Positions 19,959-30,219 of a DNA stretch of 64,000 nt are shown piece by piece. This stretch comes from Chloroflexota bacterium (GTDB lineage Bacteria > Chloroflexota > Anaerolineae > Aggregatilineales > Phototrophicaceae), in assembly GCA_009841405.1 (NCBI GenBank), contig VXLV01000115.1, positions 3,630-67,629 of the forward strand. Direction: 5' to 3'. The position numbers were made by a program, and so were the translations under genes. The notes below the pieces were generated by a model, which searched no databases, was not told the origin of the DNA, and saw nothing but the letters and a program-made list of their open reading frames with translations. The number at the start of each line of letters is the position of its first letter. The stretch's first letter is position 1.

Positions 19959-21980
19959 CTAAAGCCGCTCCGCAACAATCTCGGCGATATCGACGACTTG
20001 AGGTCCGTCATCGGCCTCGTTCCGCGCGTCTTCCAGCATGCGCATGCAGAAGGGACAACCGACCGCCAGGGCCTCGGCGCCGGTGCCGGCCGCTTCCCGG
20101 TAGCGCTCCGCGTTGACCTTGCCAGCGCCCGGCTCCTCCTCTTTCCAGAATTGCGCGCCGCCCGCGCCACAGCAGAATGAATTCTTGCGATTGCGCGGCA
20201 TCTCGACCAGGGGCGCGCCGGCCGATTGCAGCGCTAGGCGAGGCGCCTCGACTACATCATTTTGGCGCGCAAGATAGCAGGGATCATGAAAGGTCACGTT
20301 GCTCCAGCGCGACGCGCTCGCGCTTGTCGGAAGCTTGCCCTGGGCGATCAAGTCCGAAATTAACTCGCTGTGATGCACTACCTCATAGTTACCGCCAAAA
20401 GCGCCGTACTCCTTAGCGATATTGTGCAGGCAGTGCGGGCAAGTGACGACGATTCGCTTGGACTTTAGCGCATCCAGGGTCTCGACGTTGGCGGCCGCCA
20501 ACTCAAAGTAGAGATACTCATTGCCAGACCGCCGCGCCACGTCGCCGGTGCAGCGCTCGTCATCGCCCAAGATGGCAAAGTTCACGCCGGCCGCGCGCAG
20601 CAATTTGACCAGCGCGCGCGCCGTTCGCTGCGCCAGTGGATCGTAGCTGACCGCGCAGCCGGTCCAATAGAGCAAGTCAAACGCGGGATTCTCGGCCACG
20701 GTCGGAACGGGGAAGTCCAGCCCGTCGGTCCAGGCGCTGCGCGGCTCGGCGATTTGCCAGGGGTTGCCTTGACGCTCCATGCCGTTGAAGGCGCCCTGCA
20801 ATTCGCCTGGGAACTCGCTGCGCATGAGCACGGCGTCGCGCCGGATATCCAGAATATCGAACATTGGCTCGTTGCCGACCGGGCAAATGTCAATACAGGC
20901 GCCGCAGGCTGTGCAAGCCCACAAGGCCGACTCGCTCAGCAGTTCGCCCCCCAGCGACGCGTCCACATCCGCGCCGTCAGCGAGCGCCTGCCAATGATCC
21001 TTGATGTGAAATCGTTTGTTGACCTCAAGGGCGGCGGGCGAAAGTTCCTTCCCGGTCAGATATGCCGGGCAGACATCCTGACAGCGATTGCACATGATGC
21101 AGGCGAAGCCGTCCAAGATCTGTGTCTTGTGCAGATCCACGAGCCGGCCCGCGCCGAACTGCTCGATGCTTTCGTCTTCAAAGTCGAGCGGCGTTAGCGC
21201 GCCCAGCGACGTCCGCCGTGGGCGCGTCAAGAAATTGAGCGGCGCCATGAACAAATGGGCGTGTTTGCTCTGCGGAAAATAGGGCAGAAAGAGCAAGATT
21301 CCGCCCAGCGCGATCCACCAGCACAGATGCCGCAGTACCGCCAGCGCATCAGCGTTCAGGCTTGTCCAAATGGCTGACGCTGCCGACGCGAAAGGCATGA
21401 AGCTGTCGTGCCCGGCTTGGGCAACGGCGAGCGACTCGCCCAGGAATCGCGCGCCAACGTGTAGCAAGATGAACGCCGCCACGATCAGCGAGTCGAATTT
21501 CACTGCGCCCGACGCCACCCGCGGATGCAATAATACATTGTCATGAAATTGCAACTCGGTTTTGCCCGGCAGCAGCAAGCGCCGCAGCAAAAAATAAACG
21601 ATGCCCAGCAGAACAACGACGCTCAGCACATCGCTAGAAAAGCGGAAGCCGTCATAGGCCGCGCCCGCTGACTTCAGTTGACGCTCGAAGCCGGGCGCGA
21701 AGCCAATCATGAGGTCCACCGCGTTGACCAGGAAGTACCAGCTGAAACCCAAGACGACGCCCCAGTGGATCACGCTGGTCAAAGGGCGCGCCTTCAGCGT
21801 CGTTCGCTGCGTCAGATAGACGCCGAGCGCCGTGAATGCCCGGCGGGCGATCCCGTCGAATTCGAGCTTGCCCTGGCCGCGCCCGATGATCCGCGCCATT
21901 TCCTTGAAGCCGGCGTAGCTCGCGCCCACAGCAAAAAGCGCTAGCAAGAGAAAGAGCATCTTTTCGATGTCGGTCAGCAT
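19959..21980 (-). CDS. Membrane-anchored Fe-S oxidoreductase (HdrD/DsrK/GlpC-like with an N-terminal multi-TM domain)
   Basis: About 250-aa N-terminal domain with 5-6 TM helices carrying conserved His. Two ferredoxin motifs (CIMCNRCQDVCP, CTACGACIDICP) and Cys-rich CCG-type regions (TCPHC, FHDPCY, SFCCGAGG, VGCPFC). Confidence 0.8.
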   Translation of the reverse strand: MLTDIEKMLFLLLALFAVGASYAGFKEMARIIGRGQGKLEFDGIARRAFTALGVYLTQRTTLKARPLTSVIHWGVVLGFSWYFLVNAVDLMIGFAPGFERQLKSAGAAYDGFRFSSDVLSVVVLLGIVYFLLRRLLLPGKTELQFHDNVLLHPRVASGAVKFDSLIVAAFILLHVGARFLGESLAVAQAGHDSFMPFASAASAIWTSLNADALAVLRHLCWWIALGGILLFLPYFPQSKHAHLFMAPLNFLTRPRRTSLGALTPLDFEDESIEQFGAGRLVDLHKTQILDGFACIMCNRCQDVCPAYLTGKELSPAALEVNKRFHIKDHWQALADGADVDASLGGELLSESALWACTACGACIDICPVGNEPMFDILDIRRDAVLMRSEFPGELQGAFNGMERQGNPWQIAEPRSAWTDGLDFPVPTVAENPAFDLLYWTGCAVSYDPLAQRTARALVKLLRAAGVNFAILGDDERCTGDVARRSGNEYLYFELAAANVETLDALKSKRIVVTCPHCLHNIAKEYGAFGGNYEVVHHSELISDLIAQGKLPTSASASRWSNVTFHDPCYLARQNDVVEAPRLALQSAGAPLVEMPRNRKNSFCCGAGGAQFWKEEEPGAGKVNAERYREAAGTGAEALAVGCPFCMRMLEDARNEADDGPQVVDIAEIVAERL

Positions 21981-22211
21981 CGGTCTCGGCTTTCCTTGCG
22001 CTAGTGAATCGCATAACGCCGCGCGTCATTTCAGTTTACCATTGCGTCAATTATTCACCAATCAGCCCGCGCCCTCTCGCGCTAAGGTTGCCGCGCCATT
22101 TTCGGGCGAAACGCAGCAAACCTTCAGCTCGTCGACTTTTGCAAGCTTGCAGAAGCGCGCGCCTTCTGTAGAATGGCTTGGGATACGCAGGCAGATTCAG
22201 GAGCAGCTACC

Positions 22212-22808
22212 ATGATTGACTTTTCACCCATGCGCGATGGCGATGTGAGCTTCATCGACTATGCGGCGCGGGAGAATCTCGGCCCGGCCCAGCTAAAAGC
22301 ACTGAGCGACGAAAGTATCGATTTCTTGCTCGGGCTGGTTGAGGGACTTGGTGATGCCGATGTGGTCTTCGCACCGGAAGATCCAGAGGCGGACGATCCC
22401 TTCGCGGTCGAAGGCGAAGAAACCATAGGCTGGAACTTCGGCCATCTCATCGCTCACGTCACAGCCAGTTCCGAAGAAGGCGCCGCCTTGAGTTCGCTGC
22501 TGGCGCGCGGCGTCGCCGCTTCCGAGCGGCCGCGTTACGAGACGCCCTGGCGCGATATGACCACGGTCGCCCAGGTCCGCCAGCGCCTGGACGAGAGCCG
22601 GCGCATGCGCAACGCCTACTTGCAGACCTGGCCCGATGCGCCCCTGCTTGATGTCACCCGCACGGTGTCGGAGCGCTTCACCGCCCGGTTCGGCGAGATG
22701 AACGCGCCGGCCGCCTTTCTCTTCGCGCTTTCGCACGAGGTCGGCCATTACGAGCAAATTGAAGAGGTGCGGCGGCAGGCGCTGGCCGCCCGCGCGGACA
22801 CGGGCTAA
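22212..22808 (+). CDS. DinB-like (four-helix-bundle metal-binding) protein
   Basis: His-containing helices (NFGHLIAHVTAS, LSHEVGHYEQIEE) resemble the DinB/YfiT superfamily. The ATG at 22212 has an AGGAG 8 nt upstream. Confidence 0.55.
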   Translation: MIDFSPMRDGDVSFIDYAARENLGPAQLKALSDESIDFLLGLVEGLGDADVVFAPEDPEADDPFAVEGEETIGWNFGHLIAHVTASSEEGAALSSLLARGVAASERPRYETPWRDMTTVAQVRQRLDESRRMRNAYLQTWPDAPLLDVTRTVSERFTARFGEMNAPAAFLFALSHEVGHYEQIEEVRRQALAARADTG

Positions 22809-22864
22809 CCCCCTGCCGCCGTTCAAGACGAGACGCACGATCAGGATCCGACACCGGAGACGTG

Positions 22865-24202
22865 ATGAGCAAAACGGTCAAACCGCGCGCGCCCACCGGC
22901 TTTCGTGACTTCTTGCCCGATGCAATGCTGCGCCGCAACTATGTGCTCGATAGCATCACCGACGAATTTCATCGCTTCGGCTTCGAGCCGATTGGCACGC
23001 CGATACTGGAGCGGCATGAAACATTGTTCGGCAAATACGGCGAAGACGCTGAACAACTGATCTACACCGCCCAACACGGCCGCAGCACGCGCGAGCCCCT
23101 CGCTATGCGCTACGACTTAACCGTCCCATTGGCTCGCGTTGTCGGCCAGTACGAGAATCAGCTGACCTTCCCCTTTAAGCGCTATCACATCGCGCCGGTC
23201 TTCCGCGGTGAACGGCCGCAGCGAGGACGCTATCGCGAATTCTGGCAGTGCGACGCGGATATTGTCGGCGTTAAAGGCATGAGCGCCGATGCCGAAATCA
23301 TTAGCTTGACGGAGCGCATCCTGAGCCGGCTCGGTTTTCCGCAATTCACCATTAAAATCAACCATCGCAAGCTGCTCGTCGCCATCGGCGAATTCTCCGG
23401 CCTGCCCCGCGATCAACTGCCCGATCTGTATCGCAGCGTTGACAAGTTTGACAAGATCGGCGCGGAGGGCGTACAGCGGGAATTAACCGAACGCGGTATC
23501 GCCGCCGACGCCGTCAGCCGGATGATGGAACTGATCCAGGCCAAGGCCGCGGGCGCGGGCAGTCTGGATCTTATGGCCGACGCCATCGGCGCCAGCGATG
23601 ACAATGGCGTCGCCGAACTGCGCGAACTGGCGACGCTGCTGGCCGAAGCCAATGTCCCGCCGGCGCGCTACGAATTCGATTTCACGATGGCGCGCGGCCT
23701 TGGCTATTACACCGGGCCTATATTCGAAACTGTGATTTCCGAACCAAACCTGGGCAGCGTCACCGGCGGCGGACGCTACGACAATCTGATCGGCATGTTT
23801 CGCCGCCAGAGTCTGCCGACAACCGGCGTCTCAATTGGCATCGAACGCATCATCGATCTGATGGACGAACTCAGGCTCTATCCAGAACATCTCGGCGGCA
23901 CGCTGGTGCAAGCGCTCGTTACCGTTTTCAGTCAAGATACGCGCGGCGCCTCGATGCGGGTCGCGGACTGCCTGCGGCGGGCCGGCATCAATACCGAGCT
24001 TTATATGCAGGCGCGCAAGCTGGGACGGCAGTTTCAATACGCCGACAGGAAGGGCATTCCGCTGGTGGCCATCATTGGACCCGACGAAGTCGAGGCGGGC
24101 GTGGTCAAGCTGCGGCGGTTGGCGGACGGCCATGAGACGACCGTCGCCTTGTCCGGCGCGGTTGAGGCCGCCAAACAGCTGCTGTCGTCGCCCTCGCCAT
24201 GA
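22865..24202 (+). CDS. hisS: Histidine--tRNA ligase
   Basis: Class II motifs: GFRDFLP, RYHIAPVFRGERPQRGRYREFWQCDADIVG, GGGRYDNLIGMF. Confidence 0.93.
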   Translation: MSKTVKPRAPTGFRDFLPDAMLRRNYVLDSITDEFHRFGFEPIGTPILERHETLFGKYGEDAEQLIYTAQHGRSTREPLAMRYDLTVPLARVVGQYENQLTFPFKRYHIAPVFRGERPQRGRYREFWQCDADIVGVKGMSADAEIISLTERILSRLGFPQFTIKINHRKLLVAIGEFSGLPRDQLPDLYRSVDKFDKIGAEGVQRELTERGIAADAVSRMMELIQAKAAGAGSLDLMADAIGASDDNGVAELRELATLLAEANVPPARYEFDFTMARGLGYYTGPIFETVISEPNLGSVTGGGRYDNLIGMFRRQSLPTTGVSIGIERIIDLMDELRLYPEHLGGTLVQALVTVFSQDTRGASMRVADCLRRAGINTELYMQARKLGRQFQYADRKGIPLVAIIGPDEVEAGVVKLRRLADGHETTVALSGAVEAAKQLLSSPSP

Positions 24203-25713
24203 TATCGCTTCCGCGCTGCAGCGGCGTCCTGCTCCACCCCACGTCTTTGCACGGCCCCTACGGCATCGGCGATTTGGGCGCCGACGCCTATCGCTTTGTC
24301 GACTGGCTGGCGGCGCAGGGGCAGTCCGTCTGGCAAGTGTTGCCGCTGGGCCCCACCAGCTACGGCGATTCACCCTACCAGACCCTGTCCGCCTTCGCCG
24401 GCAACAGCCATTTGATCAGCCTGGACCGGCTCGTCGAAGACGGCTTGCTGACAAGCGCTGATTTGGCAGGTACCCCGCCCTTCCCATCCGACCGAGTCGA
24501 CTACGGCTGGATCGGCCCTTTCCACAATCAGAAACTCGCCAGCGCCTGGCGCAAATTTATCCGCAGCGAAGACCGGTCGTTGCGCGGCGATTACGAGCGC
24601 TTTGTCGACGAGAATCAATTCTGGCTGGAGGATTACGCCTTATTCGCAGCCCTCAAACAGAAGCACAACCTTAGACCCTGGGTCGAGTGGGAGCGCGAAT
24701 TGCGCCGCCGCGATCCCCGCGCGCTGGCGGATGCCGCCGCCGCGCTTGCGGAGCAAGTCAAGGCGGAGCGGTTCCGGCAATGGCTATTTAATCGGCAATG
24801 GACCGCCTTGAGAGCCTACGCGAAAGGACGTGGCGTGCGCCTCTTCGGCGATTTGCCGATTTTTGTTGCGCACGACAGCGCTGATGTCTGGGCGCGGCAA
24901 GGCGAGTACTTCCTTGACGCAGACGGTAATCCAAGCGTTGTGGCCGGCGTGCCGCCCGACTATTTCAGCCCGACCGGGCAACGCTGGGGCAATCCGCTCT
25001 ACCGCTGGGATGTGATGCAAACGGCGGGCTATCCGTGGTGGCTTCAACGCATTCGCCATCTGCTTAACCTGGTCGATTACATCCGCATCGATCATTTCCG
25101 CGGCTTCGAAGCCTATTGGGAGATACCGGCGGACGAGGCAACCGCAGTGCGGGGCCGCTGGGTGGCCGGGCCGGGCGCGGCGTTTTTCGAAGCGATACGC
25201 GCTGCCTTGGGCGAGCTGCCGATTATGGCCGAAGATCTCGGTGTGATTACGCCAGGCGTCGAGAAGCTTCGCGATGATTTCGGCTTCCCCGGCATGAAAG
25301 TGCTGCAATTCGCCTGGAGCGACCCGGCCAATCCCTTCCTGCCGCACAATCACCCGGCCAATTGCATCGTTTACACCGGCACGCACGACAACAATACCAC
25401 GCGCGGCTGGTGGGAAAACGAAGTCGACTCACGGACGCGCGCCTTCGTCAACGATTATCTCGGCCACGACGTCCAGGACATCGTCTGGGATTTGGCGCGC
25501 TTGGGCACGCGTTCCGCCGGCCGCGTCTTTATCATGCCTATGCAAGACGTCCTCGGGCTGGGCGCCGCCGCGCGCCTGAATACGCCCGGCAAGAGAGCCG
25601 GCAACTGGACCTGGCGCATGCCGCAGGGCGCGCTGGAGCGGCCCGCTAGAGAGACCTTGCTTCATATCACCCGCCTTTACCAGCGACATCCGGACCAACA
25701 GTCGCAGGCATAG
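24199..25713 (+). CDS. malQ: 4-alpha-glucanotransferase (amylomaltase, GH77)
   Basis: SGVLLHPTSLHGPYGIGDLG N-terminus, IDHFRGFEAYWEIP and GTHDNNTTRGWW motifs. ATGA overlap with the hisS stop. Confidence 0.93.
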   Translation: MISLPRCSGVLLHPTSLHGPYGIGDLGADAYRFVDWLAAQGQSVWQVLPLGPTSYGDSPYQTLSAFAGNSHLISLDRLVEDGLLTSADLAGTPPFPSDRVDYGWIGPFHNQKLASAWRKFIRSEDRSLRGDYERFVDENQFWLEDYALFAALKQKHNLRPWVEWERELRRRDPRALADAAAALAEQVKAERFRQWLFNRQWTALRAYAKGRGVRLFGDLPIFVAHDSADVWARQGEYFLDADGNPSVVAGVPPDYFSPTGQRWGNPLYRWDVMQTAGYPWWLQRIRHLLNLVDYIRIDHFRGFEAYWEIPADEATAVRGRWVAGPGAAFFEAIRAALGELPIMAEDLGVITPGVEKLRDDFGFPGMKVLQFAWSDPANPFLPHNHPANCIVYTGTHDNNTTRGWWENEVDSRTRAFVNDYLGHDVQDIVWDLARLGTRSAGRVFIMPMQDVLGLGAAARLNTPGKRAGNWTWRMPQGALERPARETLLHITRLYQRHPDQQSQA

Positions 25714-25868
25714 CCTTTGACAGCGATTGCCGTGCTGCGCGCATGGCGGTCGGCTCTGCTGACGATAATCGCGCCGCGCAACTTGGAGCGAGTCGCCCGG
25801 CGACGCGCTGAGCCATGCTAAAATGTTGAAATGTAAATCAGACTTGGGATCATGTACGGACAGAAATC

Positions 25869-26399
25869 ATGGACTCTCGTAGCGTCTTCTTCGACGAGTG
25901 GCTGGACAGCCTGCGCGAACAATACAAGCATGTCGTCCGCAGCAACGACCGCGTGACCTTGCCGACCCTGACAGCGGTCATGCAGAATGTCGGCTTCGGC
26001 GAGGAGGAACTGGCGCAATTGCGCGTTGAAGCAACAATGCATGTCGACGATGTCCCGCCAGACTTTACGCCGGACATGAAAATCCTGGAACCAAGTCCGG
26101 CGCCGCATCCAGCCGAGTGCCTGTGTCCGGATTGCGTGCCGATCGACGATGGCGCGCACGACGCCGACGGCCAGCCAATTGCTGCCGATCCGGAAGCGGC
26201 GGCAGCCGGGACCGTCCATACCTTCCCGGTCGCGCCGCTAGGCCCGGCCGAAGACGACGAGCCCGAGCCGCAAACATTCGAAGACAGCTTGAGCGCGGCA
26301 GAGGAACGCGACGGCGATGAGACCGGCGCGCAAGACTCTGCCGAAGCGGAAGCGGGGGACGACGATCCCGACGCGCCCCAGCAGCAAAGTCTGTTCTGA
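25869..26399 (+). CDS. Hypothetical acidic protein
   Basis: 176-aa ORF whose C-terminal half is very Asp/Glu/Ala/Pro-rich. No family recognised. It ends 2 nt before tadA. Coding status rests on ORF length and position only. Confidence 0.4.
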   Translation: MDSRSVFFDEWLDSLREQYKHVVRSNDRVTLPTLTAVMQNVGFGEEELAQLRVEATMHVDDVPPDFTPDMKILEPSPAPHPAECLCPDCVPIDDGAHDADGQPIAADPEAAAAGTVHTFPVAPLGPAEDDEPEPQTFEDSLSAAEERDGDETGAQDSAEAEAGDDDPDAPQQQSLF

Positions 26400-26401
26400 C
26401 C

Positions 26402-26875
26402 ATGCCCGTCACTGATAATGACAGGAAGTGGATGCGCGCGGCGCTTGCCGAAGCGAAACGCGCGCTCGCCACAGATGATGTGCCGATCGGCGCGGTCGCC
26501 GTGCGTCATGGCGCGATTATCGGGCGCGGCCATAACCGGCGCGAAGCCGATAGCGACCCCACCGCCCACGCGGAAATCATCGCTATCAAGGAAGCGGCGG
26601 ACGCGCTCGGCATGTGGCGGCTGGACGGAGTAACACTCTATTGCACGCTTGAGCCTTGCGCGATGTGCGCGGGCGCCATGGTGCTGGCGCGCCTGCCCCG
26701 CTTGGTATATGGCGCGACCGATCCAAAAGCTGGCGCCGCCGGCAGCGTAGTCGACATCGCCCGCCATCACCGGTTAAACCACCGCGTGCATGTCGAGGGC
26801 GGTCTGTTCGCCGAGGAAGCGGCGGAGTTGCTGCGCGCCTTCTTCCGGAACTTGCGCGCCGATGGGCAAGGCTGA
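26402..26875 (+). CDS. tadA: tRNA-specific adenosine deaminase
   Basis: Deaminase Zn motifs HAEIIAIKEA and PCAMCAGAM, at typical TadA length. Confidence 0.92.
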   Translation: MPVTDNDRKWMRAALAEAKRALATDDVPIGAVAVRHGAIIGRGHNRREADSDPTAHAEIIAIKEAADALGMWRLDGVTLYCTLEPCAMCAGAMVLARLPRLVYGATDPKAGAAGSVVDIARHHRLNHRVHVEGGLFAEEAAELLRAFFRNLRADGQG

Positions 26876-26939
26876 CGCCGCGCCGCGCCAACACAGCATT
26901 CAAATCCTGTCGCGGCTGTGTATACTAGGCGTCCACTAG

Positions 26940-27026
<87 letters not shown>

Positions 27027-27099
27027 TATTTGATCTCGATTAGCGTTGCTGTTGGGTCGGACGCGGGCCACAGCGCCCGACCCCAAGCGCGCCTGCCCT

Positions 27100-28116
27100 C
27101 TAACCGCTCTCCCTCATCTGCAGAAGCATCGCCAGCGGAAACGCGAAGACGTCTTCCGGAATCGCGACATTGACCGGCTCGCCAAAGTTGGACAGCAGCG
27201 CCGCCATTTCAAAGTTGATTGTCGACGTCCGCAACTGCCCGTCCTTGGTATGCGACATACTCATGTCGACCAGAATGTCCATACCGTAAGTATAGCTGTC
27301 TTCCAACCCAATTCGGTGGGTGACCGAAAACTCGCCGACTTCTATCGAGTCCATGATTTCGCTCAGCGTCCGCGAATCGCCCAGGTCATTGGACGCCGCG
27401 AGCAACTGTTCGGGGCTGACCAGAGAAAAGAACGCGCCCAAGTCAAAGTCGGTATTGAACACTGCCACAGCCACGCCGCTCACTTCGCCATCGGGCAGCC
27501 GCGTGATGCTCGTTGCCGAGTCCGCGAGCGCTTCAATCTCCTGCATTTCCGCTGCATCCGCTTCTGGCATTGCGCCCGACTCGGCCAGCAACTCGCCAAT
27601 GGCATCGTTCAGGTCGATGCCGAAGCCTTCCATGCCGGTCAGGTCTTCACCGCTCAAAGCCGAAAGGGCATCCGCGCTGAGCATCAGAATCCCGTCCTTG
27701 AGCAGCAATTTGACTTCGGATTCGACCTCTTCCCCGCTGGACAAGTCCCTCATTTGGATCCGGACATCCGCCTTGACACTCGTGAGGAATATCTCCGCCA
27801 ACGCGCCCCAATCGTCCTCCTGTGTATCCGCGGCCAACTGATTAATGGTTTGCAGAGACTCGTCATCGATTTCAAACTGACCGTAGGCCTGCGCGAAAAC
27901 ATGCGTCGGCTCATCTGAATCCGCCTCGAGCGCCAGGCTCACGAAAACAGCGAATGAGTTCAGGCTGTCCATCACCGCCGCGTTGTCCAGCAGAATCTGG
28001 CAGTCGCTCTGGGAAAGTTCGCCGCAGAATACATCGTTCGCCGCATCCGCGCTCGCGACTGCGGCTGGAAGCGCCAGCGCGATCAGTACGATAAGCGTCA
28101 GGTATTTCCTCAGCAT
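27100..28116 (-). CDS. Secreted acidic hypothetical protein
   Basis: Clear signal peptide MLRKYLTLIVLIALALPAAVASADA, and the mature part is Asp/Glu-rich. Preferred over the overlapping plus-strand ORF 27046..27918, which is Arg/His-rich and has no motifs. Confidence 0.55.
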   Translation of the reverse strand: MLRKYLTLIVLIALALPAAVASADAANDVFCGELSQSDCQILLDNAAVMDSLNSFAVFVSLALEADSDEPTHVFAQAYGQFEIDDESLQTINQLAADTQEDDWGALAEIFLTSVKADVRIQMRDLSSGEEVESEVKLLLKDGILMLSADALSALSGEDLTGMEGFGIDLNDAIGELLAESGAMPEADAAEMQEIEALADSATSITRLPDGEVSGVAVAVFNTDFDLGAFFSLVSPEQLLAASNDLGDSRTLSEIMDSIEVGEFSVTHRIGLEDSYTYGMDILVDMSMSHTKDGQLRTSTINFEMAALLSNFGEPVNVAIPEDVFAFPLAMLLQMRESG

Positions 28117-28281
28117 CCTGTATCCCTTCTATTTCTGTTTCGTCTACAGAGTATAACGCAGGAATTAAGAATCTGTTTCCCCCAAAGGTTAGGGGACGCG
28201 AGGCGGACAGTCGGCACTAAACAGGACTGGCCTGTCTGCTATACTCGCGGGAACGGACCAATAACTGAAATCGCGGAGACT

Positions 28282-28824
28282 ATGAAGACCATCACAGTGT
28301 ATGGCAGTTCCCAGGTGCGTCCACAGCAGCCAGAATACGAGGATGCGGCCGCCATTGGCCGGGCGCTGGCGCGGGCTGGCTACGCGGTCATGAGCGGCGG
28401 TTACTACGGCGTTATGGAAGCCGTAAGCAAGGGCGCCAAGTCGGCCGGCGGACGCGTGATTGGCGTGACGACCGATCAAATCGGCCTGCAATTCAATGTC
28501 GAGCCCAACGCTTACCTGGATGAAATCGTCAACTTTGCCGACCTGCGCGACCGTCTGCTCTACATGGTCGAGCATGCGGACGGTTACCTGGCAATGCCCG
28601 GCGGCATCGGCACATTGCACGAAATCGCTGAAACCTGGGAACTGATGCGCATTGGCGGCGTGCCGCGCCGGCCCTTCGTCTGCTACGGCGAGCTTTGGGC
28701 GACGGTTATCGGCGAGCTTGAGAACAGCGCCTATCTCGGCGATGGCTACCACGGAATGATCGAGATCGCCCTGTGCCCGGACGAGGCGCTGAAGACCTTG
28801 GCCTTAGCGCTGACACCGCGCTAA
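28282..28824 (+). CDS. LOG-family (TIGR00730) nucleotide phosphoribohydrolase-like protein
   Basis: PGGIGTLHEIAETWE motif and an N-terminal Rossmann-like VYGSS...GGYYGVMEA. Confidence 0.85.
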   Translation: MKTITVYGSSQVRPQQPEYEDAAAIGRALARAGYAVMSGGYYGVMEAVSKGAKSAGGRVIGVTTDQIGLQFNVEPNAYLDEIVNFADLRDRLLYMVEHADGYLAMPGGIGTLHEIAETWELMRIGGVPRRPFVCYGELWATVIGELENSAYLGDGYHGMIEIALCPDEALKTLALALTPR

Positions 28825-28968
28825 TTCGACCTGATTGAACGGGTCCTCGTTAGCGGGGAAAACTGACGACGCGCCGCCGCGAGACCCGACGCGTTTCCCA
28901 GGGGTAACGGCGACCAATTCGAGTACAATAATCATGAAACGCGACAAGTATCCTGAGGCGCACCGTCC

Positions 28969-30219
28969 GTGAGGCGTCAATTTCTGCTGGTATCGCTAGT
29001 ATTGCTGCTGCTCGCCCCGCCATTGACAAGCGCGCAGGACGACCCATCCGCGACCGCGAGCGTCGCCGCGCCGCAGTTAAAGGTGTGGTTGCCCGCGCCG
29101 CTAATCACCGACGAGTCCGGCGATGCCTTTCAGCTGCTCAGAGAACATACCGCCGAGTTTTCCGCCAGCAACAATATTGACGCCATATATCGCATCAAGG
29201 ATGTCGGTAAAATTGGCGGCATCGTCGCATCGATACGCGCCGCGAAAGAAGTCGCGCCAGAAGCCTTGCCCGATGTCGCGCTAATGCGGCGGCGAGACTT
29301 TGGCCCGGCGCTGGCCAGCGAGTACTTGCAGTCCCTGGAAACGCTGTTTTCGTCCTCACTGCTAAACGATCTTGACGATGGCGTGGAGTTTGGCCAGATT
29401 CCGCTTCAGAGCGGACCCGCGCTTTACGGCCTGCCCTACTTTTTCGATCTGCTCCTGAGCGTCTATACGCGACCGCCGGAGCCTGCCCGAACTCAAATTC
29501 GCTTTGATGACATGCTTGCAGGCGAGGTCGCGTTCTTGTTCCCGGCGGCGCGCGCCAACGGCTTGAACCAGACCTTCTACGTACAGTATCTGGCCGCCGG
29601 CGGCATGACGCCCGACGGCGGCGTGATGACGGTCAACGAAGACGCGTTGCGTACGGTGCTGGAACTCTATGAGGCCCTTGCGCAGAAAGGACTGATATCG
29701 CCGGATGTCCTGACCTATCAGTCCCCGGCCGCGTACGCCGCCGACTTCGCAAGCCAACTGGACCGCCCGCAGCTGGCCATCTTCAACGTTAGCGACTATC
29801 TAGCGATGATTGACCGGCAGGCGATCAGTGTTTCCGCCGCCGAGATCCCGACCGCCGACGGTAACGGCTCGTCGATCCTCGATGGCTGGCTGTGGGTGAT
29901 CGTGACGCCGGACCGCGGTCGGCAAGCGCTTGCGGCGCGCTTCCTGGAATGGATGATGGAGCCGTCCTTTCACGCTGATTTCGCGCGCGCGCTTTACCAT
30001 CTGCCGTCTCAGCCGGCAATTCTGGATCAAAGCCTGCCTGCCGCCGCCGACAGCCTATTCTTCAGCGAGCTGCTGTCTAGCGCGGCGCTGCCCTTGCCGG
30101 AAGGCGAAGGCGGCACGGCGCCCCGCCTGATGCAGGAAGCGCTGGGCCAGGTCTTGCACGGCGATGTTTCTGCGATTGAAGCGACGCGCCAAGCGCTCGC
30201 GCAGCTCGCCGAGCGCTAA
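28969..30219 (+). CDS. Extracellular solute-binding protein (ABC-type, family 1-like), orphan
   Basis: Signal peptide MRRQFLLVSLVLLLLAPPLTSAQ and the ~400-aa size and composition typical of sugar-binding SBPs. There are no adjacent permease or ATPase genes. The family call is weak. Confidence 0.55.
   Translation: MRRQFLLVSLVLLLLAPPLTSAQDDPSATASVAAPQLKVWLPAPLITDESGDAFQLLREHTAEFSASNNIDAIYRIKDVGKIGGIVASIRAAKEVAPEALPDVALMRRRDFGPALASEYLQSLETLFSSSLLNDLDDGVEFGQIPLQSGPALYGLPYFFDLLLSVYTRPPEPARTQIRFDDMLAGEVAFLFPAARANGLNQTFYVQYLAAGGMTPDGGVMTVNEDALRTVLELYEALAQKGLISPDVLTYQSPAAYAADFASQLDRPQLAIFNVSDYLAMIDRQAISVSAAEIPTADGNGSSILDGWLWVIVTPDRGRQALAARFLEWMMEPSFHADFARALYHLPSQPAILDQSLPAAADSLFFSELLSSAALPLPEGEGGTAPRLMQEALGQVLHGDVSAIEATRQALAQLAER

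Noticed and set aside
27027-27100. Hairpin TTGGGTCGG...CCGACCCCAA after tRNA-Ser as a bidirectional terminator
   Set aside because: The stem has a bulge and a 16-nt loop, and there is no T- or A-tract on either side. That is too weak to list as a feature.
27046-27918. 290-aa plus-strand ORF overlapping the secreted acidic protein gene
   Set aside because: The minus-strand frame has a textbook signal peptide and coherent composition. The plus-strand frame is Arg/His/Gln-rich, lacks motifs, and would start inside the hairpin region downstream of tRNA-Ser.
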